Origin: Chthoniobacterales bacterium
GTDB taxonomy: Bacteria > Verrucomicrobiota > Verrucomicrobiia > Chthoniobacterales > Chthoniobacteraceae
Assembly (NCBI GenBank): GCA_038207335.1
Contig: JBBQZX010000008.1
Span: 114,940-178,939 of the forward strand
Length of the DNA: 64,000 nt
Reading direction: 5' to 3'
Shown: positions 27,833 to 36,900 of the stretch, in pieces
How the letters are laid out: each line of letters begins with the position of its first letter
How positions within the stretch are numbered: position 1 is the first letter of the stretch
Made by a program: the position numbers and the translations under genes
The notes under the pieces: generated by a model
The model's input: the letters and a program-made list of their open reading frames with translations, nothing else
Told to the model about the DNA's origin: nothing
Databases searched by the model: none

Positions 27833-28963
27833 ATGAAATTCTTCCACTCCCTCACCGCCGTTGCTGCGATCTTTAGTGCCATGAGCATTTCCGCCCGAGC
27901 TGCCGACCTCGATTTCTACGTCGGCACGTACACCAAGAAAGACGCGAGCCGAGGGATTTATCATTTCAAACTCAATGCGGAAACCGGCGTGGCGAGCGGC
28001 GGGGAACTCGCGGGGGAGACGGCGAGCCCGAGCTTTTTGGCGATCCATCCGAATGGGAGGTTTCTCTACTCGGTCGGCGAAGGCGCCCCCATGGCGGGGA
28101 AGAAGGGCGGGCCGGTCAGCGCGTTTGCGATCGGCGCGGATGGGAAGCTCGCGCTGCTCGACCAGCAGGCGTCCGGCGGCGATGGCGCGTGCCACATCAG
28201 CATCGGCGAGGCAGGAAAAAATGCGTTCGTCGCGAACTACGGCGGCGGGAGCATCGAGGCGCTGCCAATCGAGGCGGATGGGAAGCTCGGCGAGCCGTCG
28301 GATTTTATCCAGCACACCGGCACCGGGCCCGACAAGGCGCGGCAGGAGAAGCCGCACGCGCACAGCATCTACGAGCACGGCGGACGCGTTTACTCGTGCG
28401 ACTTGGGGACGGATCACGTCGATATTTACAAGCTCGATCTGGCCACCGGAAAGCTGACTCCGAACGAGCCGCCGTTCGCGATAGTCGCGCCGGGGACGGG
28501 GCCGCGACACCTCGCCTTTCACGGCGACCACTGCTACGTGATCGGCGAGCTGAAAAACACAATCACGGTGCTCAAAGTCGATTCAGCGAACGGCGCTCTC
28601 GTGCCGCAGCAGACAATCTCGACGCTCCCGAACGACTACTCGGGGAAGAACTCGACGGCGGAAATCTTCGTGCATCCGAATGGCAAATTTCTCTACGGCT
28701 CGAACCGGACGCACGACACGATCGCGGTGTTTTCGATCGCGGCTGATGGGTCGATCGGACTGCTGGAGCACGTCAGCACGCGAGGAAAGTCGCCGCGCAA
28801 TTTTGCGATTGATCCGACCGGCGGCTGGCTGCTCGCGGCGAATCAGGACACCAACAACATCGTGATTTTCAAGATTGAGGCAGCGACAGGTCACCTCACG
28901 CCGACGGGCCAGGAATTGAAGGTCGGCGCGCCGGTGTGCATCGCGTTCGTGCCGGTGAAGTGA
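27833..28963 (+). CDS. Lactonase family beta-propeller (Pgl/YbhE-like) with signal peptide
   Basis: YVGTYT, PSFLA, VANYGGGS, RQEKPHAH, GPRHLAF, YGSNR, PRNF. Confidence 0.88.
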   Translation: MKFFHSLTAVAAIFSAMSISARAADLDFYVGTYTKKDASRGIYHFKLNAETGVASGGELAGETASPSFLAIHPNGRFLYSVGEGAPMAGKKGGPVSAFAIGADGKLALLDQQASGGDGACHISIGEAGKNAFVANYGGGSIEALPIEADGKLGEPSDFIQHTGTGPDKARQEKPHAHSIYEHGGRVYSCDLGTDHVDIYKLDLATGKLTPNEPPFAIVAPGTGPRHLAFHGDHCYVIGELKNTITVLKVDSANGALVPQQTISTLPNDYSGKNSTAEIFVHPNGKFLYGSNRTHDTIAVFSIAADGSIGLLEHVSTRGKSPRNFAIDPTGGWLLAANQDTNNIVIFKIEAATGHLTPTGQELKVGAPVCIAFVPVK

Positions 28964-29011
28964 AGGCGAAGAGCGTTGCACTCGCTCCGCTGAAATTTCA
29001 CCCTCCCCGCG

Positions 29012-29887
29012 ATGAGAAGCATGACCGGCTACGGCCGCGGCCAGAGCAGCGAAAACGGCAGTAAATTCAGCGTCGAGCTCAACTCCGTGAACCGGAAGCA
29101 GAGCGACGTGGTCGTGACGCTGCCACGCGAGCTGAGCGAACTGGAGCCGCGAGTGCGCGACGTAATCAATGCCGAGGTCGCGCGCGGCCGGCTCAATGTC
29201 GTCGTGGCATTTCATCGCGGCGCGAGCACCGCGCCGAAGCTGGCGCTCGATGCCGAACTCGCGCGCACATTTTACCAGTCGATGCTCGACCTGCAGCGCG
29301 AGCTCGGTGCTCCCGGCGAGGTGAGTATCGAGACGGTGCTACGCGCGCCGGGCGTGCTGAGGCAGCCGGAGGAGGCGCTCGCGGTCGATGAATCCTGGCC
29401 GCACGTCGAGGCGGCGCTGAAGGAGGCGCTGCGCGATCTCGTGAAGATGCGCGAGCAGGAGGGAAAGCATCTCGCGAAGGATTTGATCAAGCGGCTGAAG
29501 CTCGTACGCGAGTCGATCCGCAAGATCGCGAAACTGCAGCCGAATGTGGTGAAGCGTTACCGCCAGTCGCTGCACGACCGCATCGCTCGTGCGGGGATCG
29601 ATCTGCCGCTCGACGATGAGCGGCTCACGAAAGAGGTCATCTTTTTCGCGGAGAAAAGCGACATCACCGAGGAACTCACGCGGCTCGACAGCCACTTCGC
29701 GCAGTTCGCGCACCACTTGAGAAAAAACGAGCCGGTCGGGCGGACGCTCGAGTTCATGAGCCAGGAGATCGGGCGGGAATTCAACACGCTCGGCGCGAAG
29801 GCGAACGATGTCGAAATCTCGCAGCTCGTGGTCGGCTGCAAGTCGGAGATGGAGAAAATCCGAGAGCAAATCCAGAACATCGAATGA
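29012..29887 (+). CDS. yicC: YicC/YloC family endoribonuclease
   Basis: MRSMTGYGRG, SVNRK, DITEELTRL.SH, GRTLEF..QE..RE.NT, EKIREQIQNIE. Confidence 0.93.
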   Translation: MRSMTGYGRGQSSENGSKFSVELNSVNRKQSDVVVTLPRELSELEPRVRDVINAEVARGRLNVVVAFHRGASTAPKLALDAELARTFYQSMLDLQRELGAPGEVSIETVLRAPGVLRQPEEALAVDESWPHVEAALKEALRDLVKMREQEGKHLAKDLIKRLKLVRESIRKIAKLQPNVVKRYRQSLHDRIARAGIDLPLDDERLTKEVIFFAEKSDITEELTRLDSHFAQFAHHLRKNEPVGRTLEFMSQEIGREFNTLGAKANDVEISQLVVGCKSEMEKIREQIQNIE

Positions 29888-29899
29888 GCCCTGCGCCTC

Positions 29900-30505
29900 A
29901 TGGTTGAGTTTCGCCGCCACGGGATTTTATTCGTCGTCTCCGCGCCATCGGGCGCGGGGAAAAGCACGCTGCTGAATGCGCTGCGGCCCGGCGCGGATTT
30001 CATCTATTCCGTTTCCTGCACGACTCGTGCGCCGCGGCCGGGCGAGTTGGATGGGGAGGATTATTTTTTTCTCACGACGGCGCAATTCGAGGAGCGGATC
30101 GCGGCGGGCGAGTTCATCGAATACGCGAATGTGCACGGGCAATTTTACGGCACACTGCGCGAGACGGTGATGCGCAACTTGAGCGAAGGCGTGGACGTGC
30201 TCGTCGATATCGATGTGCAGGGCGCGCGCAGCATCCGCGGCGATTGCGAGGCGATCAGCGGCGCGCTTGCGGACATTTTCATCATGCCTCCGGACCTCGA
30301 AGAGCTGCATCGGCGACTGCTGAAGCGAGGGACGGAAACGGAGGAGCAAATCGCGGTGCGGCTGAACGCGGCGTCCGCCGAGATGGCGGCGTGGCACGAC
30401 TACAAATACACAATCATCACGGGCTCGGTGGAGGAGGACCTGGCGAAATTCCGCGCGATCATGCGGGCGGAGCGATACCTCAGCCGGCGGCTGACGCTGC
30501 TATGA
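29900..30505 (+). CDS. gmk: Guanylate kinase
   Basis: SAPSGAGKST, SVSCTTRAPRPGE.DG.DYFF, DIDVQGA. Confidence 0.95.
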   Translation: MVEFRRHGILFVVSAPSGAGKSTLLNALRPGADFIYSVSCTTRAPRPGELDGEDYFFLTTAQFEERIAAGEFIEYANVHGQFYGTLRETVMRNLSEGVDVLVDIDVQGARSIRGDCEAISGALADIFIMPPDLEELHRRLLKRGTETEEQIAVRLNAASAEMAAWHDYKYTIITGSVEEDLAKFRAIMRAERYLSRRLTLL

Positions 30506-31044
30506 AACCGGTCGTCATCGTCGGCGTCACGGGCTCGATCGCGGCGTATAAATCCGCGGATCTCGTGAGCAAATTGGTGAAGCGCGACTTCGACGTGCAT
30601 GTCGTGATGACGCACGGCGCGCAGCAGTTCGTCACACCGCTCACATTTCAAACGCTGTCGCGAAATCCTGTGCTCATCAGCATCTTCGAGCATTCGGGGG
30701 ATTGGAAGCCCGGGCACATCGCGCTCGCGGATCGCGCGGCGCTGCTGCTCGTCGCGCCGGCGACGGCGAACATCATTGCGGAACTCGCGCACGGATTTGC
30801 GGGCAATCCGCTAACGGAAATCGCGCTCGCGACGGAAGCGCCGGTGCTCATCGCGCCGGCGATGAATGGGAAGATGTGGCTGCACGCGGCGACGCGTGAA
30901 AATGTCGCAACGCTGCGGGCGCGCGGAGTGGATTTCATCGGTCCGGAAGAGGGGATGCTGGCGTGCGGATACGAGGGAATCGGACGGCTGTGGAGCGTCG
31001 ATGAAATCGTCGCGCGAGCGGAAAATATTGCGCGGAAGAATTGA
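30502..31044 (+). CDS. coaC: Stand-alone phosphopantothenoylcysteine decarboxylase (CoaC half only)
   Basis: GVTGSIAAYK, HIALA, APATAN, APAMN..MW, LACGYEGIGRL; stops before any CoaB domain. Confidence 0.88.
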   Translation: MKPVVIVGVTGSIAAYKSADLVSKLVKRDFDVHVVMTHGAQQFVTPLTFQTLSRNPVLISIFEHSGDWKPGHIALADRAALLLVAPATANIIAELAHGFAGNPLTEIALATEAPVLIAPAMNGKMWLHAATRENVATLRARGVDFIGPEEGMLACGYEGIGRLWSVDEIVARAENIARKN

Positions 31045-31464
31045 GCAGCGGCTGGGAAGGCCCATGAATACAGGGTTTGCTGGCGATGGATGGCATCTCC
31101 GCTCAGTTTTTCACGCGCCATGCAGCGGGAATTCGTGTGGATCAATTTGAGTCGCATGGGTTTTTTTGAAAAAACTTTCGCGTCTGCGTTTTAATGCGCG
31201 GCGTGCCGCATTCAAAAGTGACGATGATCCGCGAATGCTTATGAATAAATGCTTCGCGTGCGATGACTGCGTGAATCGCATCGCGTTTTTGGCCGCGCTG
31301 CCAGCGTGATTTCCGCGCTGGAGCGCAAAATAAATGCACGATCAATCACAAAATTGTTGACCGAATTCGCATGTGAAATTAATCAACGCATCACCGAAGC
31401 GTGATACCACTGCTCTCAACAATTTCCGTGAACCGCTACTGCGGTTTGAAAGGGGGGATTATCT

Positions 31465-31701
31465 ATGGCGATTAAAAAAGCTCCTGCCAAAAAAGCAGCG
31501 CCGGCAAAGAAAGCTGCACCCGCGAAAAAGGCCCCAGCCAAGAAATTGGCTGCGAAGAAACCAGCGACGAAAGCCGCTGCAAAAGCGAAGCCTGCAGCGA
31601 AGAAACCAGCCGCGAAGGCGCCTGCAAAGTCTGCTGCGAAAGCTAAGCCAGCTGCGAAAGCTGCTGCAAAGCCGGCGGCAAAGGCCAAGGCCAAGAAGTA
31701 A
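31465..31701 (+). CDS. Histone H1-like Ala/Lys/Pro-rich DNA-binding protein
   Basis: 73 of 78 residues are A/K/P, 27 Lys, no acidic residue; purine-rich RBS GAAAGGGGGGA at 31448-31458; terminator follows. Confidence 0.8.
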   Translation: MAIKKAPAKKAAPAKKAAPAKKAPAKKLAAKKPATKAAAKAKPAAKKPAAKAPAKSAAKAKPAAKAAAKPAAKAKAKK

Positions 31702-31731
31702 CGTCCCCACCGAACCCAAGGTTCGTAGTTT

Positions 31732-31770
31732 AAATGGGAGGAGAAATTCGTTTCTCCTCCCATTTCTTTT
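31732..31770 (+). terminator. Intrinsic terminator
   Basis: Perfect 15-bp stem AAATGGGAGGAGAAA-TTCG-TTTCTCCTCCCATTT followed by CTTTT. Confidence 0.85.
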
Positions 31771-31810
31771 CCCCACATTCCGCGCCTCTCATTTCCGCTT
31801 CTACACGCCC

Positions 31811-32557
31811 ATGAATCTCCATCTTCAAGCTGCCATCGATGCCGCGCGCGCCGCGGGGGAATTGCTCCGCGAAAATTTCGGGATGCCGCTCGATGTGAAT
31901 GCCTTCGAGGCACACGACATCAAGCTCGAGCTGGATGTGCGGTCTCAGGAATTGATCACGAAGATGCTGCTCGAGCGGTTTCCCGATCACGCGATTTATG
32001 GGGAAGAGGGTCTCGCAGGAAATCAGGAGAGCGAGTGGCATTGGATCGTCGATCCGATCGATGGGACTGTGAATTATTTCTACAGCATCCCGCATTTCTG
32101 CATCTCGATCGCACTGCGGCATCGGGAGGACATCGTGGTGGGCGTGATTTACGACCCGATGCGCGATGAGCTGTGGCAGGTGGCGCGCGGCGAGCCGGCG
32201 CTTCTGAATGGGAAGCCCATCGCTGTGAGTGCGCGGCCGCGACTGGCAGACGCGGTGTTGTCGGTGGGATTTTCGAAGACAAAGACGACGATCGCCGCGG
32301 GGATGCCGCTGCTGGAAAAGTATGTGCAGCGCGCGCGGAAATGCCGGCTGATGGGGAGCGCGGCGCTCGACCTGGCCTACGTCGCGTGCGGGCGGCTCGA
32401 TGCCTACATCGAGCAGTCGGTGAGCTTGTGGGACATCGCGGCCGGCAAGCTGCTCGTGGAGGCGGCGGGCGGGAAGATCGAGGTGACGCCGCGCGAGGAT
32501 AATCCCGACAAGATTTCCGTGCGGGCGTGGAATGGGCGAATCGATCTGACGGTGTAG
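31811..32557 (+). CDS. Inositol monophosphatase family protein (SuhB-like)
   Basis: GEE, WIVDPIDGTVNY, GSAALDLAYVACGRLD, WDIAAG. Confidence 0.92.
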   Translation: MNLHLQAAIDAARAAGELLRENFGMPLDVNAFEAHDIKLELDVRSQELITKMLLERFPDHAIYGEEGLAGNQESEWHWIVDPIDGTVNYFYSIPHFCISIALRHREDIVVGVIYDPMRDELWQVARGEPALLNGKPIAVSARPRLADAVLSVGFSKTKTTIAAGMPLLEKYVQRARKCRLMGSAALDLAYVACGRLDAYIEQSVSLWDIAAGKLLVEAAGGKIEVTPREDNPDKISVRAWNGRIDLTV

Positions 32558-32578
32558 ACGGGATCTGAGGAGTCCCGA

Positions 32579-33616
32579 CTACGCCTTCTCTTCGTCGAGC
32601 TTCACTTTTACTGCCGCATAGAGCTCCTCGTAAAGTGCCGCATCGGTTCGCAGCACTTCTTTTCCGGCGTCGCGGCCTTGTGCGAGCTGCCCGCCTTTAT
32701 AACTGAGCCACGAGCCTCGCTTTTCCACGATGCCCTTTTCGATCGCGAGATCTAGAAGAGCGCCGGTCGAGCTGATCCCCTCGTTGTACATGATGTCGAA
32801 CTCCGCCTCGCGAAACGGCGGCGCCACTTTGTTCTTCACGATTTTGAGCTTCGTGCGATTGCCCGTCACGCTCCCGTCCGCCTGCTTGATCGCACCGATG
32901 CGCCGGATGTCGCACCGCACACTCGAGTAAAATTTCAGCGCCTTGCCGCCGGGCGTCGTCTCAGGATTGCCAAACATCACGCCGATCTTCTCGCGGATTT
33001 GATTCGTGAAAATCACCACCGTGCGTGCCTTTGAAATGAGCGACGTGAGCTTCCGCATCGCCGCGCTCATCAGCCTCGCCTGCGCGCCGACAGTCGAGTC
33101 GCCGATCTCTCCTTCGAGCTCCTGCTTCGTTACCAGAGCGGCCACGGAATCGAGCACGATCACGTCGAGCGCGTTCGAGCGCACGAGCGTCTCCACGATG
33201 CGCAGCGCTTCCTCGCCGGAACTCGGCTGCGAGACGAGCAGGTCGTCGAGATTCACGCCGAGTTTCTTTGCATATTGCGGATCGAGCGCGTGCTCGACAT
33301 CCACGAATGCCGCGAGCCCGCCGAGCTTTTGCGCCTGCGCAATCACCGTCAAAGTGAGCGTCGTTTTGCCAGAAGACTCCGGCCCAAAAACCTCGCAGAT
33401 GCGTCCGCGCGGAAAGCCACCGACACCGAGCGCACGGTCGATCACGATATTCCCGGTCGGGATCGACTCGACATCCATGTGCGTGCTTTCGCCGAGCCGC
33501 ATGATCGCGCCGTCGCCGAAATCTTTCGCGATCTGCTGGATCGCGAGATCGAGATTCTTGTTCCGCGCGATGGTAACGCGACTCTCTTCGGACGGGGCTT
33601 CGGTTTTGGTGGCCAT
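32579..33616 (-). CDS. recA: Recombinase RecA
   Basis: [50 protein letters not shown]. Confidence 0.98.
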   Translation of the reverse strand: MATKTEAPSEESRVTIARNKNLDLAIQQIAKDFGDGAIMRLGESTHMDVESIPTGNIVIDRALGVGGFPRGRICEVFGPESSGKTTLTLTVIAQAQKLGGLAAFVDVEHALDPQYAKKLGVNLDDLLVSQPSSGEEALRIVETLVRSNALDVIVLDSVAALVTKQELEGEIGDSTVGAQARLMSAAMRKLTSLISKARTVVIFTNQIREKIGVMFGNPETTPGGKALKFYSSVRCDIRRIGAIKQADGSVTGNRTKLKIVKNKVAPPFREAEFDIMYNEGISSTGALLDLAIEKGIVEKRGSWLSYKGGQLAQGRDAGKEVLRTDAALYEELYAAVKVKLDEEKA

Positions 33617-33901
33617 AGGCGCGGGAGGCTACAGATGCGGCAGCGGGCGGCGAAAGGAAAACATCGGCGCGGCGCGGGATTTTTCATGGCCGATGCACCG
33701 ATCTCCAAAGCGAGCTTGCAAAAATGCGCGGAGTCGGCGATACGCCAAGTGGTCTCAGCGATCGTTGCGGACGCTGTTTCCCGCCGAAGTCGATCGTTCC
33801 GGGAGCGGTGCCCGGAGCCAGTCTCCGAGCTTCAAAAAAACTTTCCCGAAACGCGTTCCGAGCCCGCCGTCGAGTCGGCTAGCAGGACGCGGATCTTCCC
33901 C

Positions 33902-36900
33902 ATGAGAACCACCATTTCTTTCACGCCCCGCTCACGCCGGCAACTCACCGGAATCGAGCCGCTGGAAGCCCGCATCGCGCCGGCGTTCGGCGCGGTGATC
34001 AATCTCGCGGACCTCACCGGTGCCGATGGGTTCAAGGTCCGCGGAGTGGCGGACTCCGACTTCTCGGGGTACTCGGTCAGCGATGCCGGGGATGTGAATG
34101 GGGACGGATTTGCCGACGTGCTGATCGGCGCGGTGAGGGCGGACGAGGGCGGGGTGAATCGCGGGGCGAGCTACGTCGTTTTTGGCAAGACTGGCGGATT
34201 CGGCGCGAGCTTCGACCTCGCGGCGTTGAACGGAATCAATGGTTTCAAGGTCAGCGGTGTGGCGGACAACGACGCTTCCGGGCGGGCGGTGAGCGCGGCG
34301 GGGGATGTGAATGGAGACGGGTTCGCCGACTTGATCATCGGGGCCGACTCGGCCGACTCGGCGCGCGGGGCGGCCTACGTGGTTTTCGGCCATGCCGGCG
34401 CGTTCATCCCGGCGCTTTCCCTTTCGACGCTGAGTGGCACAGATGGTTTCAAAATCAGCGGGGCGGCGTTCTCTGACCGCGCCGGGATTTCCGTCAGTGG
34501 TGCCGGGGACGTGAACGGCGACGGGTTCGACGATGTCATCATCGGGGCTCCTCAGGCCAACGGCAGCGGGGCCGCCTACCTGGTTTTCGGCCATGCTGGC
34601 GGCTTCACCTCGGTCGTCGCACTCTCCACGCTCGGGGGCACGGACGGCTTCAAACTCAGCGGCGTGGGCAGCGCCGATCAGGCCGGGTTTGCGGTCGGTG
34701 CGGCTGGAGATGTGAATGGCGACGGTTTCGGCGACGTGATCATCGGGGCGCGCTTCGCCAACGAAGGCGGCTCCGACCGCGGAGCAGCCTACGTGGTCTT
34801 CGGCAAGGCGGGCGGCTTCGCTGCGAGCATCTCGCTCTCGGCCTTGGCGGGGACCGACGGCTTCAAACTCAGCGGCGTGGCGAACAACGATCTCGCTGGA
34901 ACTGCGGTTAGCGCGGCCGGGGACATGAACGGAGACGGTTTCGGCGATCTGATCATCGGTGCCGATGTGGCGCTCGTGGGCGCTAATGCCCGCGGGACCG
35001 CCTACGTGGTGTTTGGCAAGGCCAGCTTCACCGCGCAGGTGGCGCTCGCCTCGCTGAACGGCACCAGCGGCTTCGCGCTCACCGGCGCGGGGAATTACGA
35101 CCACACCGCGTTCTCGGTCGCCGGTGCTGGGGATATCAACGGGGACGGTTTTGCCGACGTGATCGTCGGGGCCAAGTACGCGGCCGAGGGCGGCACCCTT
35201 CGCGGCGCAAGCTACGTGGTCTTTGGGAAAAAGAGCAGCTTCAACCCGACGCTGGCTCTTTCCGCGCTGGATGGCACGAATGGCTTCAAGCTCCGCGGCG
35301 TGGCCAATGGCGACGAATCCGGCTACTCCGTCAGCGGCGTCGGCGACGTGAACGGAGATGGTCTTGCCGACCTGATCATCGGTGCTCTCTCGGCCGACGA
35401 GGGCGGCGCAGGCTCGAACCGCGGCGCAAGCTACATCGTCTTCGGTAGGGCCGAAGCCACGCCGACGCCGTTCGGTTCGATTTTGAATCTCTCCGATCTC
35501 ACCGCGGGGAAGGGGCTCAAGCTGCTGGGTGAGGCGTCGGGGGACGGGTCAGGCTATTCCGTGAGTTCGGCGGGAGACATCAACGGCGACGGGATCGATG
35601 ACGTGATCGTCGGCGCGCGCTTTGTGAATACTACGGGCGGCATCCAATCGGGTGCGAGCTACGTGGTCTTTGGTAGCAGCGCGGGTTTTCCGGCGTCCCT
35701 TAATTTCTCGGCGCTCACCGGAAGCAACGGCTTCAAGATCAGCGGCGCTGCGGCCTACGATTTTTCCGGTCGATCCGTGAGCGCCGCGGGCGACATCAAT
35801 GGCGACGGGATCGACGATCTGATCATCGGCGCGGATCAGGCCGATGCGAACGGCAACGCCAACTCTGGGGCGAGCTACATCGTCTTTGGCAGCCGTGCGG
35901 CCTTCGCGGCGAATCTGGACCTCTCCGCGCTCAATGGCAGCAACGGCTTCAAGCTGAGTGGCGAGGCAGCCAACGACATTTCCGGCAAGTCCGTCAGCGG
36001 AGCGGGCGACATCAATGGCGATGGGATCGGCGACCTGATCATCGGCGCGCCGGGCACGGACCAGCATGGGAACTATACGGGCACGAGTTACGTAGTTTTC
36101 GGCAGTCGCGCGGGCTTTGCGCCGAATGTGAATCTTTCCGCGCTCAACGGGAGCAACGGATTCAAGATCATTGGCACCAGCGTGTACGACGGGAGCGGCG
36201 CGTCCGTCAGCGGAGCGGGCGATATCAATGGCGACGGTATTGACGACCTGATCATCGGTGCGGTGCCCGGCGGCAACGCGAGCTACGTCGTTTTTGGGAG
36301 CCGCGCGGCCTTCCCGGCGACCTTGGATCTGGCCACGCCGCTCTCTGGCGTCAACGGGTTCAAGGTCAGTGGCGCGGCAGCCAACGACTCCGCGGGCTTT
36401 TCCGTGAGTGCGGGAGGCGACATCAACGGCGATGGGATCGACGACGTGATCATCGGGGCGTATCACGCGGATCCGCATGGCAACAATTCGGGCGCGAGCT
36501 ACGTGGTCTTCGGGAGCCGTGCGGGCTTTGCGGCGAATGTGAACCTTTCCGCGCTGACGGGGCTCAATGGCTTCCGGTTGGCCGGTGGCGCGGCCTTTGA
36601 CTACGCAGGCTTTTCCGTCAGCGGGGCGGGCGACATCAATGGCGACGGGATCGACGACCTGATCGTCGGCGCGCCGGAGGCCTCTCCCAATGGCGGTTAT
36701 TCCGGCGCGAGCTACATTGTCTTCGGCAGCCGCGCCGGATTCGGACCGACGATGGACTTGTCGAAACTGACCGCCGCCGCGGGATTCAAGCTCGAGGGCG
36801 CGGCAGCAGGCGACCGTGCCGGAAATTCGGTGCGCGGCGCCGGGGATTTTAACGGCGACGGCATCGGCGACCTGATCGTCGGCGCGCCGCTCTCCGACCC

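Noticed and set aside
31373..31810. Arg/Gln/Lys-rich N-terminal extension on the inositol monophosphatase
   Set aside because: Off-frame reading of the histone-like gene, crossing a strong terminator.
33275..33901. N-terminal ~209 aa of the 3589-aa ORF call
   Set aside because: Antisense to recA and across the divergent intergenic region; the plausible start is the ATG at 33902.
33617..33901. SOS box upstream of recA
   Set aside because: No TGTTC-N4-GAACA or CTGT-N8-ACAG palindrome found by eye.
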